64,000 nucleotides of DNA from a virus: IMG/VR virus record IMGVR_UViG_3300009788_000087. One strand, 5' to 3'. This document shows, piece by piece, positions 1-9,191 of the stretch (the first letter of the stretch is position 1; every line of letters starts with the position of its first letter). The notes under the pieces are model-generated. The model did not search any database, had not been told where the DNA came from, and saw nothing but the letters and a program-made list of their open reading frames with translations. The position numbers and the translations under genes are program-made.

Positions 1-3000
1 CCCATTTTTTCAGCTTCATGAGGGCATGACGATTTCTTAAGATCAGTCCAATAAAAACCATCAGGAAATTCAATGATAGCATTGCTTTTATCTCGCTCTG
101 CCGAAGCATCATCTGCAATCGTTTCAATTGTATTAAAGTCTTTTGCTGCCTGTATTTTCTTGGCTAGATGTGGTTTTTTCTTCAAAGTAGAAAGAAGATT
201 TGAACCAAAATCCTCCATAAATTCATCGACTCTATCTTTTCTTTTTCCCAACTTAAAGCGCTGAATATTAGGTGGAAGCTGATCGTCGATGGTGAGAGAT
301 TCGACAAAGTCGTCATCCCATTTTTCACCATAAAGTTTAAACGCTGTAGCAAGTGCAAAAGTATGTTTTTTATCTATCTCATAGAAATGATCAGCTGCCC
401 ATTTTGGAAACTTAAGAAGCCTCGTAATATTTCCACGTGAGTCTTCATCGATCATGCCGACAGTGTCCGCCTCATTGGCGGTCTGATCACTACCGGCTTC
501 TAGAAAAATAGAATAAACCTGTTCTCGAATGATTGACTCAAGCACATCGGGTTCTTCTCCACCTTGGACATCTGAAAGACCAATGTCAATCAAGACATAT
601 TCGCCTCCCCTCTTCATGAGGTTTTCACCTCGATAATCAGAGAATGAAATGCCTTTTCCTTTCAATTCCTCCCATGAAGACTTTACTTTGTATTCATTTT
701 CAAGCTTGTCAAGGATTTCAGTCGCCCAGTTTTTTGCAATCCTACCCTCTTTAGATGCAGGATCACCACCACCCTTCTTCTTTACAGCATGTCGTATTGA
801 TTCCTTAACAGCTTCTTCCCATGTCTTAGCTCTTTTAAGCCAGATAGGAAGACCAGTAAAGACCAGCATGTTGTCAAATTTATCTGATTCTTCTTTTGAT
901 AGTGGTTCAAGTTTTTCCTGTATGATCCCGTATGCTTGAAGATCTTTAAACCTGAAGACGTCGATTATTGCAGCGACATGTTTCATGGTCATGCCTTTGA
1001 TCTTGTTGGACGCTATAGCTTCTTTTGAGTCCTTCGTGACCTTAAGAACCTTGCGGCCACCAACATCAAAAGCAGTACCCTGTGTTCCTTTACCTAGTTC
1101 TTTTGCAGTGGAAACATCAATGAGCTTCTTTGTCTTGAGTAGATCAGCATTCCTCTCGAGGATCTTCTTTGCATCTGCTGGATTGGAAGGATCTAGTCCC
1201 ACAAGTCCAGTCTCTGGATCGTCCAATGGTTTTGAACCAGGTTCATCATCAGCTTTCGCACCTAGTTTATCTCCTTTGCGGCGACCGACGGCACTTGGTT
1301 CATCAGGAGGACCAAACAACTCATCACCCAAAGCTTCAGTTAATTTCTCTACTAAAGAATTGATACTATCTTTTTTCATCTCACCAAATGCCTCACAAAG
1401 CTTGAACCATCTCACCCTTCCAAGTGCAGTTCTAATCATGTTGAGAGGAGAGAAATCCTCAGTCATAACTTCTTCGCGGATCCATGTATCCACTGAGAAG
1501 AACTCATTATCTGTCCTCTCCACGATTATCGGATGCATTGCGATCTTGTAGATGTGGCTCTCAAATACCGGTAGAGGCTGCGTCTTCCACGCCTCAGCAA
1601 GCTTAGAAAACCTGTAGATTGTAGCATTTGCAGTCTCAAGATACCTCTCTTTGTATCCCTCACTGAAAAGCTTGTTGTCATTGCAGAACTTGCTGAGTGC
1701 CTCGCCGAGTGATAGATTTCCGTAGTGCCTCTTCATGTATCCCACAATTGCTGGAATCTTGAGAGTCTTGGATCCAATGACATGCTCCGCAACTTTGTTT
1801 CTAAACTCTTTGGTCAGACCTGGAGTCCAGACGCCATCTTCTTTCAATCCCTTACCGAGTTGCTCGCGGTGGCGCCACATGGTTTTGTTAAGTTCAGTGA
1901 AGAGATGGCGGTTGACAACTTTGACCATCTCATTTGTCAGCGTGTTTCGAATGACAATGCCCTCGACAATCTTCCCGCCAAAGTGTGGAAAGATCATGGC
2001 AACGTGTGTCATGAGATGTTCTTCAATTACATGTCGTTCTTTCACCACAGGAAGCATGAATTTTCCAACTGGAACACACTCAAACATCCAACCGTCAAGC
2101 TTGACAGCTTCCGTGAGACGCTTGAATTCCTCAGACGTGTTGTGCAACACGATGGCATTTGGCCCATACTCCAACACATTGGGTACAGGACCGTCTAGAA
2201 TCTCACAGGTGACGCTCAGTGCTCCTGCAGGCCAGTTTGATATGATGGCCTCAGCCTGAGATTCAAGAGCCTCATGCGCCCTCTGGAGAGACGAGATGGC
2301 ACGGCTATTTGGCCAGTCTCTCGAGTCCATGACGGGCCCATAGTTCTTTGACTTGGTCCACAGGGTTCCTTCCTTGACACCGAACTCCATGAAGGCTGAA
2401 CCGTCAAGCTTCTCGGTAATTTCAGCATTTCCTGCACGCCAGGCCTCGATGAACTCCCAGAATTTCTCTTCCTTTAGATTACCGATGTGCGGAATGCCTT
2501 TTCCCATAGTGCTAATTGTATAACACTCAGGACGCAAAGTATCTGCTTTTTTGCTTTCTGTAAATTCTTTTGGAAGAGTACCACGATCATTCCTCTTATC
2601 ATACCAATCTCCTTTATTGTTACCAGAACGATGAAGTTTTTCCATGTCCTCTTCTACTATAATTTTAACATTATTTGAACCATGGTTTATTACAATGTAT
2701 TCTTGCTCTTCGTCTCTATAGTCTGTAGATAATCTTCTCGTATAATAGTTTATCAAGTTATCAAACCATGAAACAGTATGTTTTGGACCAGATATTAATA
2801 TATCAGGTTTGTCTTTCAGTTCTAATATGTATCCAATACCTTCTTCGTTTCTATCAACACCGTATGCATTTGCTATATTTGCAAACCTGAGAGCCGCGTG
2901 TGGTTGTGTTGTCCAGCTACTAAATGCTCCAACTGTTGGTAATGCCAGCACAGAACCTTCACCATTTCCGATTCTTTTCTTTAACACTAATCCACGATAT

Positions 3001-5288
3001 AGTGGTGGTAGACTTGTGGTAGTAAAAATTTCTTTGCGCGCTTGTGGATTTTGATATAGGAATTTAACATTTTCGACTGTCGTTTTTTTACCTGCTTCTT
3101 TGATTGCCTCCTTGCCCCATACCCACATAACGACTTCATTTAACATACCAATAAGCGTCTTTTGCCCGTAGCGTGACATAAATGATTTAGCTTCTTTTAT
3201 CTCACTGTCATTTAATTTAGAAAACGCTTTTCCAAGCTGTTGTTTGCCAACGACGGCAGCGGCCTCATTGGTAATCTTTCCGCCTGGCTCCGCAAGTTTC
3301 TGCTTGAACTGGTCCACTGGCATCTGAGACATGCCGCCAAAGAAACCCTCATCATCATAGTGCTTGAGGTAGGCAGCTTTCGCTTCATCAGCACATCCAA
3401 AACCGAGCATGCACTTGTCTTCATCGTGTTCAATGAAGTCAGGCTTCGTCATCTGGTGCACGACATAGACCCACTCAGCATCCTCGTCATCACCGATATA
3501 GACATCTACTGGATCGTCATCGGTGCCCTCAGTTTCCTCGACATAGCCGTAGTCATGCTGCATCTTGGTCTTGCCAGTCTTGCCGTCACTGTCAGTCCAC
3601 TCACGTGAAGAACCCTTTGACTGCTCTATAGAGATTGGGATATCCTGAAATGTATACCTGTCATCGAGCTTGAAACCTTCTTCGTTGTAACCTAGATCTT
3701 CTACGCCACAACCCATCTGTTCTGCATAGCCATCGAGCTTCTCTACTTCAACGTCAGGTTCTGCGTGTTCTTTGAGAAAATCAAGGACATCAGGATCTGG
3801 ATCTGACATAAAGATCTTTTCAATGTAATTCATCGCGAGCTTGTCGTTCTTCTTTAATTTTTCGATGAATGACTTTGTCTTTTTGTAATCGAACCACTCT
3901 TCTCCACTGGGTTTTTCAAGACTCGACTTGTCAATTGAATCAATACGTTTTATACTAACGGCGGCATATGGGTTTGCAGAAACTTTCTTCAGTAGTTCTA
4001 TCGTTGCGCGTTCGATACCAAATGGATCATCTTCATTGTCGTCAAATTTCTTTCTAACCTTATCGACTTCAAACTGTATGGCACTCATGTCGATCTCATA
4101 ATTTGCATCATCTGTTACGACGATGTTAACCACGTGACCTGGTATACGCTTTACGTATGCTTCGAAACCGGACTCATTAGCTGCTTTTGCAAACGCTGGT
4201 GATATACCTGAACATACTTTAACGGCACGTGAACATACCATTAATTGAAAGACGACAACAGGGATTGCTTCCTTTAGCCACGATTTTAAATCAGATGTAC
4301 TCTTTCCTTCCTTGAGCCTAGGATTCTTTGCGATTTTTATACGTGGATCAATCTCACCAGTCCGTGTCATGAGCAACGGATCTTCAGGGTCTGCATCGTG
4401 GATAGGTTCTGTGAGTTGTGGGCCTATCGATACTTCATTGGTAGAATTTTCGATTGAAGATTGAGTCTTTTTAAGAAAAGCATTTATATATTTCCAGTAT
4501 TTTTTATCTGGATCTTTACTTTGCTTTCCTGCAATTTCTGTAACGAGTTTTGTTTTTTCATCCCATGTCATTGTAACATGTGGACTATCATTTTGATCGC
4601 GGAGTGAAAACATTTCACCCTTAGATTGAACCTGACCACAATGCTGCATGAGCCCGCCTTCTAATGAACATGCATCAAATCCACTCACGCTAGAAAGGTT
4701 TGACCAATAAAACCCATCTGGAAACTGCATAAAAATTTCATCTCTTATTGCTTTACTTCTTTTCTTGTCAAGAGATATATTGGTAAAAATCTGGTCTATT
4801 GTTTTTTCATCATTAGCGTTGTTTATTTTTTTTGCCACAGATGGATTCAATTCAAGCATCTCTATATATCTCTTTCCACCCTCATCGCCGTCGTCGTCAC
4901 TCCAATGTTCATATACTATTTCAATATCTTCTTCACTCATGTTATTACTAACATGTTTTATTTTAAAAATCTTTGCTAATGCAAAAGCTATCTTTGGATT
5001 AATCTCATTAAGATCATCAGCAATACTTCTTGGAAGCTTTAATAGCTTAACGATAGAACCACGAGAATCTTCTCTTAATTTATCAGAGAATGCCTCATCT
5101 TGCAACTCGGGTCTCTCATCGGGATCCTTAATCATACCTCCAAGTGGATATGACTTTGCAAACATACCCCTAGAACGCCCGCCGCCAGGACCTGATTTGT
5201 TTACAGTCTGTGTGGTAGCAGCATTTTTATGTCCAGTGAGCTCTAAGAGTTGCTCACGGATGATCTTGTCGAGATAACTGAGAGACAT
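1..5288 (-). CDS. Giant polyvalent protein, >=1762 aa, 3' end outside window: PcfJ-like + papain-like + pyrophosphatase + ADP-ribosyltransferase + RNA-ligase-like + protein kinase + second PcfJ-like module
   Basis: Hand translation from ATG 5288 (just after TGA-TAG at 5294-5289) is stop-free to base 1; absent from the track because it has no stop in the window. Motifs: EGGLMQHC..SLRD..PHVT; C..H..D (VCSGIS/GHVV/IDMS); DYGY..DDDPVDVY; LYRG/FSSWT/EEQEY; EKLDG/EGIVIR/VKVV; LGKGTQG/VLK/DYRGEN/DIG. Confidence 0.9.
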   Translation of the reverse strand, partial: MSLSYLDKIIREQLLELTGHKNAATTQTVNKSGPGGGRSRGMFAKSYPLGGMIKDPDERPELQDEAFSDKLREDSRGSIVKLLKLPRSIADDLNEINPKIAFALAKIFKIKHVSNNMSEEDIEIVYEHWSDDDGDEGGKRYIEMLELNPSVAKKINNANDEKTIDQIFTNISLDKKRSKAIRDEIFMQFPDGFYWSNLSSVSGFDACSLEGGLMQHCGQVQSKGEMFSLRDQNDSPHVTMTWDEKTKLVTEIAGKQSKDPDKKYWKYINAFLKKTQSSIENSTNEVSIGPQLTEPIHDADPEDPLLMTRTGEIDPRIKIAKNPRLKEGKSTSDLKSWLKEAIPVVVFQLMVCSRAVKVCSGISPAFAKAANESGFEAYVKRIPGHVVNIVVTDDANYEIDMSAIQFEVDKVRKKFDDNEDDPFGIERATIELLKKVSANPYAAVSIKRIDSIDKSSLEKPSGEEWFDYKKTKSFIEKLKKNDKLAMNYIEKIFMSDPDPDVLDFLKEHAEPDVEVEKLDGYAEQMGCGVEDLGYNEEGFKLDDRYTFQDIPISIEQSKGSSREWTDSDGKTGKTKMQHDYGYVEETEGTDDDPVDVYIGDDEDAEWVYVVHQMTKPDFIEHDEDKCMLGFGCADEAKAAYLKHYDDEGFFGGMSQMPVDQFKQKLAEPGGKITNEAAAVVGKQQLGKAFSKLNDSEIKEAKSFMSRYGQKTLIGMLNEVVMWVWGKEAIKEAGKKTTVENVKFLYQNPQARKEIFTTTSLPPLYRGLVLKKRIGNGEGSVLALPTVGAFSSWTTQPHAALRFANIANAYGVDRNEEGIGYILELKDKPDILISGPKHTVSWFDNLINYYTRRLSTDYRDEEQEYIVINHGSNNVKIIVEEDMEKLHRSGNNKGDWYDKRNDRGTLPKEFTESKKADTLRPECYTISTMGKGIPHIGNLKEEKFWEFIEAWRAGNAEITEKLDGSAFMEFGVKEGTLWTKSKNYGPVMDSRDWPNSRAISSLQRAHEALESQAEAIISNWPAGALSVTCEILDGPVPNVLEYGPNAIVLHNTSEEFKRLTEAVKLDGWMFECVPVGKFMLPVVKERHVIEEHLMTHVAMIFPHFGGKIVEGIVIRNTLTNEMVKVVNRHLFTELNKTMWRHREQLGKGLKEDGVWTPGLTKEFRNKVAEHVIGSKTLKIPAIVGYMKRHYGNLSLGEALSKFCNDNKLFSEGYKERYLETANATIYRFSKLAEAWKTQPLPVFESHIYKIAMHPIIVERTDNEFFSVDTWIREEVMTEDFSPLNMIRTALGRVRWFKLCEAFGEMKKDSINSLVEKLTEALGDELFGPPDEPSAVGRRKGDKLGAKADDEPGSKPLDDPETGLVGLDPSNPADAKKILERNADLLKTKKLIDVSTAKELGKGTQGTAFDVGGRKVLKVTKDSKEAIASNKIKGMTMKHVAAIIDVFRFKDLQAYGIIQEKLEPLSKEESDKFDNMLVFTGLPIWLKRAKTWEEAVKESIRHAVKKKGGGDPASKEGRIAKNWATEILDKLENEYKVKSSWEELKGKGISFSDYRGENLMKRGGEYVLIDIGLSDVQGGEEPDVLESIIREQVYSIFLEAGSDQTANEADTVGMIDEDSRGNITRLLKFPKWAADHFYEIDKKHTFALATAFKLYGEKWDDDFVESLTIDDQLPPNIQRFKLGKRKDRVDEFMEDFGSNLLSTLKKKPHLAKKIQAAKDFNTIETIADDASAERDKSNAIIEFPDGFYWTDLKKSSCPHEAEKM

Positions 5289-5291
5289 CTA

Positions 5292-5663
5292 TCACTCCAC
5301 TAGAGTCGGCACTCGGCGGCGAACTTCGTCTTCGATGTCTTGTCGACGATCGACTTTCTCAATGATTTCAAGAGTCTTTTCCTGTGTCTCAACAACTCGG
5401 TCAAGGTGTTTGGCTACACTTGCTAGGTGCTCAGCCATTTTCTCTTGGTGGTTTTTCATGTCACTAATATCCCTCTCAATCATGATATTGTTTGTATGAA
5501 CCTTTTCATAGGTTTCTCTAATCTGTCTTGAAACTTCAGGATGCAAGTGTATCGGCGACTTTCCGTTTTTCTTCGTATCCCATCTCTTAATAAAGAAATC
5601 GATTACTTTCGATAAAGCAATGATTACGGTAACGAGAGCAGCGACTGTTCCTGGGGAATCCAT
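5292..5663 (-). CDS. Small protein with N-terminal transmembrane helix and coiled coil (holin-like, uncertain)
   Basis: Hydrophobic VAALVTVIIALSKVIDFF followed by basic residues and heptad-rich tail. Confidence 0.45.
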   Translation of the reverse strand: MDSPGTVAALVTVIIALSKVIDFFIKRWDTKKNGKSPIHLHPEVSRQIRETYEKVHTNNIMIERDISDMKNHQEKMAEHLASVAKHLDRVVETQEKTLEIIEKVDRRQDIEDEVRRRVPTLVE

Positions 5664-6325
5664 TAGTTTATTTCTCCGCTACCTGATTTTTTACGTGCAG
5701 CTTTCGCTTTATCAAGCTCACCTTTTGGAATATTTTTAAGCTCCGGATTAATTCCCGGATCATAGTCTTGTGTTGACGCGAGTGCTATAGCAATTTGTCG
5801 CATCGACGACGTCAATTTCTTCTGCGGAAACATTCTCTCATCATCACCATACCACTCATTTCCATCCCAATAATAGATGTGATCTGGGTTTTTTATTTTT
5901 CTCTTTTCTGGTTCACCTTGCGGATCAAACATCGCAAATCTATCATCCCACCAAAGCTTTGCTGCAATATCGCCATCAGTAAACCACTCTTCTTCACCAT
6001 TTTCAAAATAACTTTCACCTTTACTACTGATATCTTTAAAATGTTCTTCGCGCATGTCTGCAAACTTTTTATACGTTTCTCGAGCACTCTCTACATCATC
6101 TTCTGTTGCTGGCTTGCCGTCTGCTCGCTTAATACCTGCAGCTATATCTTCAGAATCTCTCTCTATAGCTGATCTATAAGCATCAGCCATACTCTTAAAA
6201 AATTCCTTCCACACATCTACAAACTTTCGCCTCGCGTCAGGTGGTAGTTCTTTAAACTTCACATATCTCGTTTCCTGACCACTATACATGGATTCGAACA
6301 GGAATATTCGTGCAAGAGAAATCAC
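5663..6325 (-). CDS. Hypothetical protein with leader MISLARIFLFES (putative capsid-internal protein)
   Basis: 220 aa ORF coupled to neighbours; leader shared with other ORFs; Trp-rich C-terminal part. Confidence 0.6.
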   Translation of the reverse strand: MISLARIFLFESMYSGQETRYVKFKELPPDARRKFVDVWKEFFKSMADAYRSAIERDSEDIAAGIKRADGKPATEDDVESARETYKKFADMREEHFKDISSKGESYFENGEEEWFTDGDIAAKLWWDDRFAMFDPQGEPEKRKIKNPDHIYYWDGNEWYGDDERMFPQKKLTSSMRQIAIALASTQDYDPGINPELKNIPKGELDKAKAARKKSGSGEIN

Positions 6326-6330
6326 TATAT

Positions 6331-7527
6331 TTACTCTCCGTACAGACGGTGACCGTAGCTAGCCTTTGATGTCTTCTGTTCTTTTACTTTCTTACCACCA
6401 AGCTGCTGAAACTTGCTCAACTCCTTGATTCTACCATCCGGCCCCTTCATCCCACCAATAAGAGTATACACGTTTAAACGAGGTTTCTCATCTTCGTACA
6501 CACCACGGTGCATCATTGCGTCACCTGTCAACATAGCAAGAGTATCGAAACCTTCTTCGATTGCTGTGTTGTCTAATTCCTCGAGGATTGACGAACCGCC
6601 AAGAACAACGGCTGCAGCGTGTGATGCAGATGTTAGATCAAATCCACCTGCTAACAGAGTCTTGCTAAGATTGCTCTTCAGTGCAGCAGACACAGAACCG
6701 CTGTCGTCGAGATTCTTCACAGACGTGACACCCATGATCATGCAGCCGCCGCTGCGCATGACTGACATGTAATCTGCTGTGTCGAATGTTGTATATTCAG
6801 TCGGCTTCTTCGTGATGATATTGAACACGTGGAAGAGACCCGCCACTGTTGCATTGACAGTTGGCCAGAAACTCTTAACTGAGAGCTTCGGATACATCTT
6901 CTTTATCTTATCATTGTCGATGAATATAAGTGGACTAACGAGCTTCTTGTCTGCGTAGCCGACTAGTGTCTTTGAAAGCAGTTCGGCATTTTCAGCAACT
7001 GCCTTTGACGCTGACTCACCCGCAGTTGGAAGCGTCATGATTACACCGACACGCTGGTCTGCGTTTGGTTGTCCAATGTGAGTGAGATATAACTTAGCAG
7101 TCTCCACGAGAACAAGTGTTGAGCCGCCACCTGATCCACCACCAGCACCGACACAGATCATGATGTGATCGACTGGTCCAAACTTCTTCTTCATGAGGTC
7201 GAGTATCTGTTGCTGTGAACCAGCTGCTGCAGACTCTCCCTTCGCCATGTCTTTTCCAGCACCCTGCTCTCCTGCATTGAGAAGCACCTTCTGATCTTCT
7301 GGCACATCAACTTTGCTGAGATCTTGTATCGCAGTATTCACGCACAGTGTCTTCTTGTAGCCAAGTTTATAGAATGCCTGAGCTAGCCGACAGCCTCCCT
7401 GACCTGAACCGAGGAATGCATATGTCACAGCACCGCCGGACTCGTCTTCTAGGGACTCATCCTCATATTCTTCTAACTCTGCTTCTAATGGCAGATCAGG
7501 AATTTCGATGTCAAATTCTTCACTCAT
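6331..7527 (-). CDS. Tubulin/FtsZ-family GTPase
   Basis: GSGQGG (T1), VNTA, GAGKD (T3), GAGGGSGGG (T4 signature), IDND, FDTAD (T7-loop-like). Confidence 0.9.
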   Translation of the reverse strand: MSEEFDIEIPDLPLEAELEEYEDESLEDESGGAVTYAFLGSGQGGCRLAQAFYKLGYKKTLCVNTAIQDLSKVDVPEDQKVLLNAGEQGAGKDMAKGESAAAGSQQQILDLMKKKFGPVDHIMICVGAGGGSGGGSTLVLVETAKLYLTHIGQPNADQRVGVIMTLPTAGESASKAVAENAELLSKTLVGYADKKLVSPLIFIDNDKIKKMYPKLSVKSFWPTVNATVAGLFHVFNIITKKPTEYTTFDTADYMSVMRSGGCMIMGVTSVKNLDDSGSVSAALKSNLSKTLLAGGFDLTSASHAAAVVLGGSSILEELDNTAIEEGFDTLAMLTGDAMMHRGVYEDEKPRLNVYTLIGGMKGPDGRIKELSKFQQLGGKKVKEQKTSKASYGHRLYGE

Positions 7528-8171
7528 GTTCCACTTCCTCCAGTCGATGGGCCAAACTGAACATCTCCTCTCGTCCCGAACGGGTCAAACTCACCTATAC
7601 CGTGAGTCTTCTCTTTCTTATTATCTTTTGATTCCCATCTCTTTGTATGGAGCAATCGCACTTTATTTGGATCGATATGCCTGATTATTTTAGCAGAACC
7701 ATCAACAAGTACTTCGACCATGTCGGACGCGTCTCTTTTCTTTGACATACTTGATGGATCACCCTTCCAATATTCTTCTGCATATGCACGGGCTTCTTTT
7801 GATTTAAAGTCTGCTTCTGTCCAATATTCCATGTTTGTATAAAATACTTTACCAGTCACTTCAACCTGATAGACATCATTGAAATTATCTTCAGACCATA
7901 TGTCACTTGCCCATGATATTGCTGCGTATATACTTGGAAATACCAGTTTACTTCCTAATCGTGATGGTCGATCTGGCCATTTTTCTTTTCTCACTTGATC
8001 AAATAATTGTTCTTGTTCTTCCATGCCTCTAACACCATTGAATGTTGGAACTTGCATGCCTGGCTCAAATTTAGTAGAACCCTCCGCGGGGTTTGATACC
8101 CAAAAAAAACTCTTATTAGCTGAAACGTTTTCAAGTTTCTCTATAATATAAATTTCTTTAAGAGTGATCAT
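7524..8171 (-). CDS. DUF2441-like ADP-ribosyltransferase-fold protein with leader MITLKEIYIIEK
   Basis: FDQVRKEKWPDRPSRL...VYQVEV...AEEYWKG...EVLVDG pattern; start set at ATG 8171 overlapping the upstream TAA (TAATG). Confidence 0.6.
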   Translation of the reverse strand: MITLKEIYIIEKLENVSANKSFFWVSNPAEGSTKFEPGMQVPTFNGVRGMEEQEQLFDQVRKEKWPDRPSRLGSKLVFPSIYAAISWASDIWSEDNFNDVYQVEVTGKVFYTNMEYWTEADFKSKEARAYAEEYWKGDPSSMSKKRDASDMVEVLVDGSAKIIRHIDPNKVRLLHTKRWESKDNKKEKTHGIGEFDPFGTRGDVQFGPSTGGSGT

Positions 8172-8629
8172 TAACCCGATTCCCATGTTCCAGGAGGATA
8201 ATCATAATATACTTTTTTTTCTCCTGGACTATAGTTGGCTAATTCCCCTTGTCCGCCATCTGCTTTTGGATCCCAAATCCAAACAGGATCATCCTTAATT
8301 GGGCCAGCTTCAGCCCAAAGAGTCTCGTCTTTTTCAACAAAAACCCAATCTGACGGATCTGGATTAACTTCTTCATGCTCTATGGATGTCCAATACTTAG
8401 CAAAATCTGGAAATTTAGAAGTTACATCACCCCATGATAGTTTCTTTGCAGGAGAATTGTATACGTCATCTATTCCTTTCGGTGATGTCCTAGTAGACAC
8501 AGGTTGTGACCTCTTTGTCCAAGGATCTGCTTTGCCTGTCGGCTTCCTCTTTCCAGCTGGATCATCAAACTTACCCCAAGGGAAGTCAGCTTCCCAAAGA
8601 CGTCTGTATATTTTCTTTAGTCTTATCAT
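8171..8629 (-). CDS. Hypothetical Trp-rich protein with leader MIRLKKIYRRLWEA
   Basis: N-terminus near-identical to that of 31383..31850 (FPWGKFxDPxGK). Confidence 0.65.
   Translation of the reverse strand: MIRLKKIYRRLWEADFPWGKFDDPAGKRKPTGKADPWTKRSQPVSTRTSPKGIDDVYNSPAKKLSWGDVTSKFPDFAKYWTSIEHEEVNPDPSDWVFVEKDETLWAEAGPIKDDPVWIWDPKADGGQGELANYSPGEKKVYYDYPPGTWESG
8567..8586. repeat. 20-nt exact repeat AAACTTACCCCAAGGGAAGT, copy 1
   Basis: Identical to 31788-31807; lies in the FPWGKF-coding leader extension. Confidence 0.85.
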
Positions 8630-9187
8630 TTAGACTCCCACATTCGAGACTCGCATGCTCGAACCACCAAACTTCAGTGGTCGCTTGCTGTGGTTAATCC
8701 CAGTTCCAAGTGGGTCCAAGTCGTCATCGTCGATCAGATGTGCTTGCGTTTGACTTACTTCAACTTCTCCCAAAGCACCATTGTTAGAATCTGGAACATC
8801 ATCACGATCATGTCGAGGATCTACTGAGGAATAGAAACCTTCACTGAAGCGATAGATGCTCTCGAGTTTCGGCATCCTCGATTCTTCTTGGTGGTCATAG
8901 TACTGTGGATCATCGACAAGGTGATCCATCGCTATTTCCATTGCTGCTGCAACATCACTAGTGTGTTCAAGTTCGTGGTGCATACCTTGCATTAGCTGCA
9001 CTTGATCGAACTGCCCGGGATCATACTGTGATCCTTCTCCGCCTGGTAGACGTTCCATCGCGATGGGATTAGCATGTTCCTTCTTATCAGGCAGCTTGTC
9101 GTAATTAGTTCCTTTTCCTAACTTCTTTGCAAGCTTTGGATCATTAGCATAGGCCCACTTCTGTTGTTGTCTTGAACGAAATGGCAT
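8630..9187 (-). CDS. Three-module protein: basic MPFRSRQQQKWAYAN motif + DUF5661-like domain + leader-bearing C-terminal module
   Basis: LPGG..QFD.VQL..GMHHELEHT.D..AMEIAMDHL.DDPQYY; internal MPKLESIYRFSEG at ATG 8875. Confidence 0.6.
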   Translation of the reverse strand: MPFRSRQQQKWAYANDPKLAKKLGKGTNYDKLPDKKEHANPIAMERLPGGEGSQYDPGQFDQVQLMQGMHHELEHTSDVAAAMEIAMDHLVDDPQYYDHQEESRMPKLESIYRFSEGFYSSVDPRHDRDDVPDSNNGALGEVEVSQTQAHLIDDDDLDPLGTGINHSKRPLKFGGSSMRVSNVGV

Positions 9188-9191
9188 TATT

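Noticed and set aside
1880-2507. Separate ligase gene starting at ATG 2507
   Set aside because: The frame is open upstream through 5288 with no stop and no obvious ribosome-binding site, so it is a domain of the polyprotein
3725-3750. Second EKLDG motif in the polyprotein
   Set aside because: Lies in a short acidic linker with no following ligase motifs
6331-7527. Nucleus-forming (chimallin) phage
   Set aside because: Tubulin alone is insufficient; no chimallin or multisubunit RNA polymerase is visible and the structural genes are T4-like
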